Shown one piece after another: positions 29,587-41,720 of a stretch of 64,000 nucleotides of DNA; the stretch's first letter is position 1, and each line of letters opens with the position of its first letter. Below the pieces are notes generated by a model. The model was not told where the DNA came from, ran no database searches, and saw nothing but the letters and a program-made list of their open reading frames with translations. Where the stretch lies: NCBI GenBank assembly GCA_021613535.1, contig CP075497.1, forward strand, positions 5,580,001 through 5,644,000. Direction: 5' to 3'. A program made the position numbers and the translations under genes. This stretch comes from Adineta vaga (taxonomy: Eukaryota; Animalia; Rotifera).

Positions 29587-31787
29587 ATGTTTTTATTAAA
29601 AATATTGATCTGCTTAAATATAATATCTTTGATTATTACTCAAAGTACATATGATCATAACCGATCAGGAACTTTTATTCCTTATAATGATCTGATTATT
29701 AGTAAGAACGTAGAACTTGAGTTGTTCTCATAATCTTACTTGATTATTATTTAGAACCATTGAGATTAGTGCTCCATTCAAATGATTCTCTGGGTATTAT
29801 CTATTGTAATAGTCGAGTTCAAATTAATGAACAGCCTAGTAGACTAACTGCTTCTCTTGATGAACCAGTTAAAACATATCCAAAATTTGAAATGCATACA
29901 GAAGAACACAATGCTACAACGATTAAAATTCTAATAAAACCAAATGGATTTATAGGTGGAAGTCGTATTCATTGTCATTGGGCTAATAATGAAAGTTACG
30001 GACAAACGGCTGAACTTATTATTGGAGGTATGGTAATAAAGACGAGTGAAAAACATATTTTTCAATTACACATTCTACAAAATATGATAAGTCAGAGTGA
30101 AATTTTCTTTTCTTTCTTTCGATAGTTGAAATTTATAGGTTATTTGATAAGAATATTTCGTACTTTGAAATACGATATTATTCACATCGAATATTTTCTT
30201 ATTCTATAAAACAATTATTTCATATATTATCGAAAGTATCATAAAACTTCTTTTATTCAAATTTAACATACAAGTTACAGTTTTCTTCTCCTACTGTAAA
30301 CATTGTTTTTCTTTATTTTTGCCAGAAAAACCTGGTGTTATTCAATTGAAAGAACGTTGTCAAGCTCATGATTATCGTTATGTCGAATGTAGATTTCATG
30401 CACCGATTATTGCTCGTGCATTTGAAAATCGTTTTCCACAACGCTTTGAATTTTCGGAATTGAATCCCAAGTATATTAGTCATTTAATCTATTCGATAAA
30501 TAATTTGTTACTTTATTTATTTATCCTTTTTCTTAGACGACAATTTTACCATACTCCACCGAAGCTTGAACAAGAATTTGTTGATCAAGATTTAATTTTT
30601 CGTTTCGATCCTGTTGATCGAAGTCTAATTCCAGAAAGAACATGGATGAAAATGAATATAACATTACAGTATTTTGATTGGACGACTTATCAATTTCCCA
30701 TTGAACCTAGTAAAATCTATATACAAATATTTATCATCATATAATTCTTTCAATTTATGTTTAGTATTTACAACGAATGTAAAATTTCAAGCAGAAAAGA
30801 TTTCGTCAACGGAATTAACTATTCGTATTCATCATAATAGAACAGGTACAATTAGTGATCGTTTATGTTCAGGACACATTCAATCATTGAACGATCAAGA
30901 ATCATTAAGAGTAAGAAAAGCTGAAATGAAAGTATTTCGACAAAAAAATGATTTTATAGGATATTCCAGAAACATCAAAGGATACGATTGAAATTTATCG
31001 TCTTCAATCATCAACAATGTATAGAATATGTCTTCGTTGTTATTATAGACAAACAGATTATTCATTTGATAAGACACATTGTGTGAAAATAACGACCAGT
31101 AAATTGTTTTAAACATAATTTATATAATCATTTGCTTATTTAGAATTCGAATTTCCTATCAAATGGACTGTGGCGGGTGCTGTTGCTGCTGTTTTATTGG
31201 TAATCTTGACGATATTGTATGTATTTAGAAGAGAAAAAAGAAAATCAAACTTTCATATTTCGTTATTTAAGATTTATAAGAAAATGTTTGAATCGTGACA
31301 GAACGCTTTCACCACCAGTGAAACCTAGTCCATCAGTAAGTTTTTCTATGTCTAACAGAGAAAGATTTTATTTATGGTTTAAATAAGAACGAAAAAAAGA
31401 AAAAATCTTCATTTATTGTAATTAATATCCATATTTTGTGTCATGTATAGCTCAGTAAAATTATCTCGCCTGTATATGATCCTATTGATAATAATATATA
31501 TGTAAGTTTGGTAAGAATCTTTTCTATAATTAATGTAATATAAACTTATTTTATATTTATAGTTACCATTGATAGAACCACCATCTATACCAGAAGAAGA
31601 AAACGATAAGGTGGATCGCGACTTATACAGACCTATGGGAGTAAATTTCACAGAACATTTCTTTGTTTTGCATCACAATGATCATTTTATTTTCTAGGAA
31701 GATTTTATGCAGGTGTTTGGTGAAAAAGATCTATCTCCCGATACTAAAGATCTCACCAATCGACAGGCAAACTCTTCAGCTCAATAG
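29587..31787 (+). CDS. Single-pass type I receptor: signal peptide, Ig-like, two FNIII-like domains, TM, short Pro-rich tail (class I cytokine receptor / gp130-Domeless-like)
   Basis: Signal peptide. Ig-like exon with two Cys. EKPG..RCQAHDYRYVECRF (paired Cys). IYRLQSSTMYRICLRC (FNIII strand). TM WTVAGAVAAVLLVILTIL. Tail with LSPPVKPSP and DLYRPM. Stop at 31785-31787. Confidence 0.6.
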
Positions 31788-31876
31788 ACCATTCAAAAGA
31801 TATCCTATATGTTACGAAGAGAGTATCGGACGTATTATCTATTTCGACAGTTTTCATTTCTATGTGTACATATATA

Positions 31877-33192
31877 CATTGGTGTGAAAAGTTATAGAAT
31901 CACGTCGCTACAATCAATGCTTTGTCTCAGCTTGACCCATATGAGCTCTCCAAAGTAGTTGAGTCTGTATTAGTTTGTACATTTAGACATGCTCTATCTA
32001 AACATATAATCAGCTTTTCGGAAATCAACGGTTAAGTTGGGGAGAGAAGCTATTTCTCAAAAATTCATCAGTTTCTGGCTGTGAAAAATTATAGAATCAC
32101 TTCACTGTTTATCGTTCCTTTATATCGACTCGACTTCGGTTTAGATTGTAAACTACATATATGGATAGTGGTCCCCAAGATGTATACTTTCATTTAAAAA
32201 AATGTGGGAAAACATTTATATAAAACCTGTAAACGAGGTATTAATCTTCAAGCCAAAATGGCTGGAGAGCACCATATGTTGACAGGATTCTGAAGTGTGT
32301 GAGCAGAATAGAAATGCAATTCAGATTTTGTGTTCAGAGTTCTATAGAGAGCATATTTGGCAACAAGATGTAGCATACAGAAAGTCAAAGAATCATTTTC
32401 TCTTCCATTTAAGTACGGTAACATGGAATATTACTGAGATCGAAAAAATATCGAATTCATATGTGACTATAGGCGCGTCATTTTTTTGTCGTATACATAT
32501 GTATTTTCGAATATAACGTTAATCTACACTGCGAATACACGTATACTTTAGGACGCATAAAAAAAGAAGACATTATTTTCAAGAGAAAGGATTATCTGCA
32601 GGACTTCCTAGTAATGCACTTTTTTATCCAAACGATATGTTTCCGTATGAGCGTCGTGAGATGAAGGAGGAAATAATTGATCGACCTTCTGAATGCTACA
32701 TCTTGTTGCCAAATATGCTCTCTATAGAACTCTGAACACAAAATCTGAATTGCATTTCTATTCTGCTCACACACTTCAGAATCCTGTCAACATATGGTGC
32801 TCTCCAGCCATTTTGGCTTGAAGATTAATACCTCGTTTACAGGTTTTATATAAATGTTTTCCCACATTTTTTTAAATGAAAGTGTACATCTTGGGGACCA
32901 CTATCAATATATGTAGTTTACAATCTAAACCGAAGTCGAGTCGATATAAAGGAACGATAAACAGTGAAGTGATTCTATAATTTTTCACAGCCAGAAACTG
33001 ATGAATTTTTGAGAAATAGCTTCTCTCCCCAACTTAACCGTTGATTTCCGAAAAGCTGATTATATGTTTAGATAGAGCATGTCTAAATGTACAAACTAAT
33101 ACAGACTCAACTACTTTGGAGAGCTCATATGGGTCAAGCTGAGACAAAGCATTGATTGTAGCGACGTGATTCTATAACTTTTCATACCACTG
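31877..33192. mobile_element. Non-autonomous Tc1/mariner-type (IR/DR) foldback DNA transposon, 1316 bp, 500-bp terminal inverted repeats, TA target-site duplication
   Basis: 31877-32376 is the reverse complement of 32693-33192 with only a few substitutions (four seen) and no net indel. Termini CA(T/G)TGG...CCACTG are flanked by TA (31875-76, 33193-94). A 21-bp direct repeat TGTGAAAA(G/A)TTATAGAATCAC occurs twice per arm. No transposase ORF. Confidence 0.92.
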
Positions 33193-33542
33193 TACATGTT
33201 TGTTATTTAATACATTGTCGGTTTATTCTATAACCATGTATGAAAAGAAAGAAAAATAATGCAAGACCTCGAATCAATCTAAAACATATCGATGCTTCGT
33301 AATACTTTGATGTATATGTATCAAGTTATGTATAATAACGAAAAGCGCTCAAGTACTGAGAGCAAAAAAAAAAGAAGAGAGGAAAAAAATGTAACAGAAT
33401 TTTTCTTGTACCGGAAGAGAAAGAAATCGAACCAATCCCAGAGTGATATAGATGTAAAAAAACTTTAATATAAATCGACATGTATCAAGATCAGTTGACA
33501 TACATAGAAATATATATTCATACGTGAATTTGATTTTTGTAT

Positions 33543-34213
33543 ATGGCAATGAAAATGTTAAAAGTAATTCTATTGCTTTTAATCATCTCATCAACATGTA
33601 AGTTAGACGATAGAATTCTTATTGACCATGAATAGAAATATCGATTGTTCGTATAGTTATTGATGCACGTAGTCGACGTAAACGACGTCAAATATCTGGA
33701 TCAAGTTATTATATCTCAAATGTAAAACCATATGCAAGTTCTTTTTCTCTAACAGCACCTTTGACTTATCCATCGGGTTCATTCTATAGTTCTCCTGGTT
33801 ATGGTTATTCAAATACAGGTTATTCTACAGATCAGCTCTATAATACAAATAATTACGTAACTGGAGTCAATCCATATGGTATACCTGTTACCTATAATAG
33901 TCAATATTCATATGGAACTGGTCAAGCTTATCAATATCCGAATTTAGGTAGCGCATATGGAAGTGGTTTATATGGTTATGGTATAGCTGGATTTAATAAT
34001 CAATATCCAAATTGGATGCAAGGAAATAGTCAACAATATTATACAGGTGGAACAGGTAGTGGATTAACGAACACAGGATATTACTGGAATCGACGAAGTC
34101 AAAATATTCCATTTGGAGATCAGAATGTTAATAATATGGAAGGTCTTCCTTTTGATCCCAATCTACCAATATCTCCCGCGAATTTACCACCAAATCGTCT
34201 ACCAGTCAAGTGA
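33543..34213 (+). CDS. Secreted Gly/Tyr/Asn-rich low-complexity pro-protein; exons 33543-33597, 33657-34213
   Basis: Signal peptide MAMKMLKVILLLLIISSTFIDA, then RSRRKRR|QISGS, a G/Y/N-rich body and a Pro-rich end. Confidence 0.8.
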
Positions 34214-35208
34214 AAATTTCGAGAAGATCTGTATGTATGATCTATGGATCTTCGTCTTCGGATGATTTGTTTCATTTGTATTTACGGAAAATCTCTTTCT
34301 TTCAAATAACATTTTGAATAAAATAATTCTCTCCTTGTTTGATCTTTCTCAAAAATAAATTTAATAAAATAATTATTTAATAAACAAATCTTCTCTTCAC
34401 GAGTGTATTTTTGCAAATAATTTTCAAGAGTTTTTATTCATCGTTATCATCATCATAAAATCTCTTTCACAATATGTGTGTAGTTATGTTGAGAACTAAT
34501 AATTTATTCTTCTTCAAGGATCGAAAAAATAATATTCACTTCAAATCTTTCTTTTTCCTCTTTTTTTAACGTCAACAAAAAAAATCGATCATTTCCTATG
34601 CAAGAAATTGTTGCGTTCGTTTGCATTAAAAGAAAGATAGAAAAAAAAGTTCCATTTAATATGAAAGAAAGAAGCAATGACGAACGAATAAAAACTGTAT
34701 AGACATATGAGGACTGTATGATTATGTTTATTATTGCATTGCTCGGAGGCCTTTGAAGGAGAAGAAAAGAGAGAAAGATAGATTCATTGACTACTATTAT
34801 AAAGGAGAATATTGCGTTTATGTTACTAGCTATGTACAGAATGTCAAAAAAAAGGACGAGGGAAGGAAAAAGTTGTTGTTATACCTATATTGTACATCTC
34901 AATGGACTAGAAGGACTAACGGCGATAATAGAATCGAAGAGAAAAAAGGTTGTAAGAATAGAGAAAGAGAAAAAGAACAAGAAGAAGAAAAAAACGCGTT
35001 TCAACGTCCTTATTGTCGATGAATATATATATATATATATGTATGTACATTGAGTGTCACTTAGTAGAGGAAAAAAGAGCTAGAACTTTCGTCGAACATG
35101 ACCTCTTGGTAAATGTAGGCAAACTGTCACGTTTGTGTTCACATTTAACGCTAATCAAAAATCAAAAGTTACTTTTATTATATTGACCGTAGATTATAAA
35201 AAATAATC

Positions 35209-36416
35209 ATGGGATGGACACATAAATTTATAATTTTAATTTTTTTACAATTATTGGTTATTCCAGGTATGTAATCAAGATTTAAATTGATAGAAAAATC
35301 ACTTTTTTTTCATAATATGTTTTGTTTATTTTAATCTTATATACAGATATCAATGGTAATGCCAATCGTCGTCGACGTCGTCGCCAAACATCGGGATCAC
35401 TATTTGGTACAAATTCTAATTTAGGTGCAAGTGCACCTGCAGGATATAACTATCCTGCTAGTACGAATATCAAAGGAATACGTATGAACAATCCCGACGC
35501 ACGAGATCTTCTTGGCAATCCTATTATGTCAGCATCGAATACAGATAATACTTTAAATAGTATGAATCTCTATAATCAACCACGACCTCAACAACAGCAA
35601 ATTTATGGAACAAATGATCAATCTTTATTAAATCCGACGTATAGTGGAAATAATTTCTATTCAACTGGTAATACAAATCAAGTTTTACGTGATCAAAACG
35701 GAAATCCTTTATCATCAGGTTATCCATTAATATTCAATTGATTTAGATTTGTATTCTATTCTTTTTATCTATTTAAAGGCACACTTGGTTCATCATTTTA
35801 TTCATCTGGATCAAATACTCAAATGGCATATCCACCGAATTCTAATCAAGTATTGACGAATAAAGACCTCTATGGTACTTTACCAAATACAAATACAAAT
35901 AATAATAATCAATATGGTTATAACAGTAATCTCTTACCAAACAGTAATACCTATGGCGGACCGATGGGTAGTAATAGCAATTTAATACCAAACAGTAATA
36001 CATATACTGGACAAATAAATAGCAATAACAATTTACCACCGAATAGTAATACGTACAGTGGACAAATGGGTAGCAATTCTAATTTAGTACCGAATAGTAA
36101 TGCGTACAGTGGACAAATGGGTAGCAATGCTAATTTAGTACCGAATAGTAATACATATAGTGGTGTTATGGGTACTAATAGTAATCCGAATTATTGGTCC
36201 AATACGAATAATAATAATAATAATAATCGATATAATCAAAATTCTGCTAATTCATGGTATCCAAATCGTGATACAGGTTATAGTAGTAATAATAATAATA
36301 ATAATAATTATGCCAATCAAAATCCATATGCAAATTATTATAATCATAGTTATCGATTAGAATCATCCTGTTTAATGATCTTTCTTACAATTTTCATAAT
36401 TCGTATGTTCCATTAG
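35209..36416 (+). CDS. Secreted, probably GPI-anchored Asn/Ser/Gly-rich repeat pro-protein; exons about 35209-35266, 35347-35718, 35780-36416
   Basis: Signal peptide MGWTHKFIILIFLQLLVIP, then RRRRRR|QTSGS, 17-aa repeats, polyN and a hydrophobic C-terminus (SSCLMIFLTIFIIRMFH*). Confidence 0.8.
35922..36176 (+). repeat. Five coding tandem repeats of 51 bp (17 aa, consensus NSNLxPNSNTYSGQMGS)
   Basis: Directly visible in ORF 35823-36416. Confidence 0.9.
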
Positions 36417-37793
36417 GATATAATACGAAATAATCTTCATACAATTTTCAACATTATAATTTCCTATATATATATACGCGGATTTCTTTTCTGTTCGTGT
36501 TGTATTAAAATTTATGTTCGTTATCTAGTTTTTTTTTTATTCATTAAAACTTTGATATTCATATTGAATTTTTCGAAATGAGATCCAAATGTCGAAGTTT
36601 AAGTTTTATTGACAGAACATTGAATGAACTTTCATTTTGTTGGAAGTATGTACTTGCATAAGACAAATTAACTAAATAAACAATTGTCTATCAGACTGAA
36701 TTCTCCTTGAAGTTCACTCCGATTTTTTCATTCCCTCATTCGAGATAGAAGAGAGAAATTCTTCGATAATCATTTGTTGAAAGAAGCAAAGACTGAAAGT
36801 TCATCAGCTTTCTAAACTCTGTTATGATATGAAAACAATAGTAAGTCATTAGTTAAATTTTATAATGCATTGTTGTGAAACATGTTTTCTTTTCCGAATG
36901 ACTGATCATCATTTTCAATCGTTTTGATGGGATTTTCTCTCTCTTGCTCTTCCTTGTAGTTAGTAGTTGCCTATAAGTTAATTTCACTGATTGTTTGTTT
37001 TGTGCATTTTTTTTACTTCAATTTTTATCTTCCGAAGAAACCAGTGAAAATGTAAATGACATTTGTAATTGAGTTTATTTGTTGTTATTATTGGCAATAT
37101 AAGTAACATTTAACACTTGAAAAAATGATGTTTTATCTCATTAGAATTTAGGAAGATATTGATTTAAATGATATTCTTTTCTACGTCATTTAAGTGAGAT
37201 TTGTCATTGATCGACAAAGTAAAAAACGAAACAAAGTCTCACGACAAAATTTGTTTGTCTTGGTAAGTGAGAAGCCAGTTACTTCTGCTGCTGCTGTCAT
37301 CAACTTACCTTTGCTGCCATCGGCACGAAAATATCCTTCTTATTTGTTGATGTTACTTTCGTAGTTTTTCGTTAGATTGAAGTGGAAAACGTTGTCACTA
37401 TCGTTCTTTTTTTCTTTGTTAAGCATTCAGTGATGACAACGTCAAACATATAAAAAACGCACGAAAGAAGATTGAGAGAGAGAGCGAGAAAGAGGGGGGA
37501 GAAATTTTATGTCAACGAAACGAAAAGCAAAACTGTCGAACGACAACGGTGAAAATTTTATTACAGATAACAGCAAGCCATTTCTTTTTATCAAACCCAT
37601 TTACGTTCGATTGTATACATCACAGTCTTTTCTTGTAAGTTATTTCGTTTGTTGTTGTTGTTGTTGTTATGATTATTATTATTATTCTCAGAATGAAATT
37701 TAATCTGAGAAGATCATAAGATTATTTGAGAATGATTTCGAATATACGTATATATTACTTTAGATATCCTTCAATTCGATTTCGTTTTGAAAA

Positions 37794-40700
37794 ATGTTAA
37801 CGAGTGCTTTATCAAATCCAATGGCTAGTAATGTTCATCATGCGAACACAAATTCAAAACGAATAGCACGTTCAAAAAGTCAACCATTGACAGAGAATCA
37901 ATATAGCTTCTTGCCATCTATCAGTCCATCAGCTATACGTCCAACAAGAAGTTTCTTCGAAAATCTTCTTCATTTAAAACCATATGGACCTCTTTCAACC
38001 ACGAGTGGAATAGATAATCGAACGAGAATATCATTAAATTTGAATAACACATTAGCTAGTGATCGTTCTTCACATGGTAAATACGGATATCATTCTGTCG
38101 TATCAGGTTATAGTGTTCATTCTCCCATTGATCAATCACCACGTGATCATCGAGTATGAACAACTTAGCAATTATTTTCTATTGAAATTGTTATTTCTAG
38201 CCTCTTCCAACCCGATTAACAGTTAAATTTCGTCGTACAGGTGATTTAGTTTTATTTGCAATCTATTGGTGTAATTTTGCCCGGAAAAAGTCTGCTTAAA
38301 ATAACATGAGAAAAACACCGAGAAAATCAATTTACTTTTTTATTCGATTAGAAATCAATTGTGTTCAATGGAATATCAATCCTATTTGCAAACAACTGAT
38401 ACAAGTGACAAATGTATGTTTGATAAATCAAATTTCAAAATTCAAACTGTAAGACAAACATTGTTGTTATTCGTATGCAATATCGGATTTCGTTTATTTA
38501 TATATTTCTATAGTTAGAAGTTCTACCTGTCGTTCGAGAATTCTTTTCACAAACACCAGGTGAACGTGATCTAAATAGTGCTGATTCGGTAAGAATTACA
38601 TATTTTGAAAATAATTGTCTAAAATATCTTCTAGAAATTCTTCATAATCACTTTTAAATGTTAGTTCATAATAAGATAATTGATATCTTTTAAGAAAGAT
38701 TTCCAATTGTTGATTAGATGCCTGTTGAGATGGAGATATTTTATAATTAATTCCAACTAATGCATAGAAATATCGATATTTAATTTGATTAGTTTTTATT
38801 AAAGGTAAACATCGATCAATTAAATGATCGAATGATATTTGATTATTGATATTATACAGCAATAGAAGACAATCAGCAGATTGACAATGAGAAATAAAAC
38901 TCTGATCATTATTTCGATATGTTAAATTAATCGAATGAAATTTTAAACGAAATTTTCGTTTATTTGATTGTTGATATAGAATATCAAATGAATTATTTTC
39001 TTTCGTTCGAAAGAGAGTTTTAGTCATTTCTTTAATTAATTTCGATTTACCAATATTTTTATCACCAAGTAAAACAATATTGATCGTCCATTGTTTTTCT
39101 TCATAGTAGTAATTATTATTTTTAACATGAAACGATGCTAATTGAAATTCAGTATTTTCGTAAAACATTTTTGTTTCTATGACAATCGAAAATTCGCGTT
39201 CTGTTTAGGTTCGAAGATGTTTAGCAGATGTTAAACCATTCTCACGATTACCGAAAGTTTTTCAAGATCAATTATTACAAAAGGCATGGTATGAATGGTA
39301 AGAAGATTTTCTTTGATACTTAAATCGAAACAATCAGAATTAGTTCATGAAATGTCATTAATTTTATTGGAATTTTTAGTTTTCCTGAACGTCGAACAAT
39401 CATTCGACAAGATGAACAACCTGCTTATTTTTATATCATTCTTTCCGGTTTAGCTATTCCAACATGTAAACGAGCTAGCGATGGTAATGTTGAAACACTA
39501 GATGTGCTAAAACGAGGATCAACATTTGCAGTACGAATAGAATTTTGATTATAAAAACAACAGACATCTCCTTTTTTTCCTATTCAAGGAAAAAAGTTTA
39601 TTGTGTGATTCGAAACAAAATTTTACTGTTATGTCCAAAACAAAACTTGAATTATTAGTTCTATGGAAAAATGTATGTCAATGAATCGGAATCTATCAAT
39701 TTATGTATATATTGTTTTTTATACGTAGGATTTTAAAACAATTCTTGCGACGAGAGATCGCCATTGTAGCAGAGCAGATCTACGATATTTGAAGTAAGAT
39801 GAAAAGTGAAGAAAGTTAAAAATCTTTGTTTTTGTCTGTTCGATAGGAATCATATACCATTTCTACGTGGGTTCCCACTTGATCGTTTAAATGAAATTCC
39901 CAATGGTATTCAACATCTGCATTTTGGGTATGGTGTAAACGTTATATTTTACTTTCTTTTTTCGTAGAATTTTTCTTAATTATTTATGAATATAGACAAT
40001 CGGAAGTGATTGCAAGAGATAGTCGACGTATGAAACATATTTTTATTGTGAAAAAAGGTTCACTAGATATATGGAAACGTCTTGATCCAGGTGATGATAA
40101 TCAAGATCCAACGAAAACAACTTCTGAACGAATCGAAAATGAAAAATGTTTGTTTAGTTTTTCTTAAAATAATCGAAAAAAAAAGTTTCATTTTAGATAC
40201 AAACTCGGATGATGAACTCACCGGAGATAATCGTGCATTATTCTCAGAAATCAATCTCGGTGGCGATAGTAGTGGATCGTTAGTGAATTCGAATGCAGGA
40301 GATACGGATGTTCATTCTAATCCAGGCGATGACCGACGTGCTTCATCAGCATTATCATCACGATCCCGAAGTATTGTTCCTGATGATAAAGTAATCTTTG
40401 AATATTTTCATCATTTTCTATTGATTGATTTCATTCAAATAGAAATTTCCTGGAATAATCGATAAACGGGATCGAATACAATTAATTGATTATGAAACAT
40501 TATCTATTAATAGTACAGGAACAAAATTAACCTTAACAAATGCTTTATTTAAACAGAATCAACCAAATATGAAAGTAAGATATGAATTATTTTTATTCTT
40601 ACAACGTTTTATCTTTGTGTTCGTTCAGGAAACAACAAAACGTAAATTGATTCATCCAGATCGAAGGACCTATGTTCATGTAAAGACACTAAATGAAGGA

Positions 40701-41089
40701 CAACATTTTGTAAATTTAATCTTAACAAAAAAGCTTATGAAAGAAAAAGTCATATTTCTGTTTAGGGTGTAACGGATATGTTATTTCCAAATCAACCAGC
40801 ATTAACAATTGTTAGTAATGAATGTGAATGTTTCTTATTAGAGAAAAGTTGTTTTACTCAACTTGCTTCTGAACAATATAAAAAAGCAGTTCGACGAACA
40901 GAAACGCCATTTCCTAATGATACTGATTTTGATAATAAATATCATAAAAAAGAACTTTGGAAACGTTATTCAAAAACATTATATACAAAAACAGTTGATC
41001 GCATCAATCAACGTCACGCTGAAACGAACAAACCATTACTTCAAACTAATGAACATCAATCATCCTCGTTTCTTATTGATGATGTTTAA
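37794..41089 (+). CDS. Cyclic nucleotide-binding domain protein (CNBD1/CNBD2-like), many exons
   Basis: First cNMP domain ERRTIIRQDEQPAYFYIILSG..VLKRGSTF. Second domain EVIARDSRRMKHIFIVKKGSL...LNEGQHF|G...LTIVSNECEC, with a long internal insertion. Confidence 0.75.
38596..39168 (-). CDS. Intronless divergent Ras-superfamily (Rab-like) protein nested antisense in an intron of the CNBD gene
   Basis: NIVLLGDKNIGKS (P-loop), ADCLLLLYNINNQISFDHL, ALVG and YYELT follow the small-GTPase fold order. Lies within host intron 38589-39208. Confidence 0.75.
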   Translation of the reverse strand: MFYENTEFQLASFHVKNNNYYYEEKQWTINIVLLGDKNIGKSKLIKEMTKTLFRTKENNSFDILYQQSNKRKFRLKFHSINLTYRNNDQSFISHCQSADCLLLLYNINNQISFDHLIDRCLPLIKTNQIKYRYFYALVGINYKISPSQQASNQQLEIFLKRYQLSYYELTFKSDYEEFLEDILDNYFQNM

Positions 41090-41720
41090 AGTTTACAGAA
41101 AAAAAGCGAAAGTATTTTTTCTTAATCCTTGTATTTATTCTATTATTTAAATATAAACTATCCAATATCTATACGGTAATGATCCTACTGAATCGATTTT
41201 ATCGATTAGGTCGCGTTTAATTTGATTGAATGCACTGAATCAGTGACTTGTCGGATTGTATTTTTTCATTTAATTCATTTACATTTGATATACGCGCTTT
41301 CATGAGAATAGGCGACCTCTGCGAGAATAGAAAGAAAGAAATCATACTGCGTCTGTGTCTTCTGGGTTAGTCACGAATCAGTCAAATGGACGTTTTTTTA
41401 TTTTGTTTTTTGTTTCTTTCTTGTTAACGAAATTCGAAAGAAAAACTTTATTGATTTCTTCTTGTCGTCGTTGTTGTTGTTGTTATTGTTATTGTTGAAT
41501 ACAATCACATTCCAAATATGGAAATTCATCGAATAGTTCTCTTTTCGAAATGAATCATTTTATTTGCCACTTTTATTATTAATCGTATCTTTTTTTTCTT
41601 TTATGCGAACATATTTTTATGTTATTCATGTGAATATGAGGGCGAACATTGTTTCTCTCTTGAAATAAATGACCTTTTCGTATCTTATCTATGATTTGAA
41701 TTCATTTTTATTTTTTAGAA

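Noticed and set aside
32295-32774. Two ORFs with identical N-termini (MCEQNRNAIQ...) on opposite strands
   Set aside because: By-product of the inverted repeat. They begin at GTG and show no transposase motifs.
35922-36176. Regularly spaced repeats resembling a CRISPR array
   Set aside because: In-frame 51-bp coding repeats with no unique spacers, in a eukaryotic context with no cas genes.
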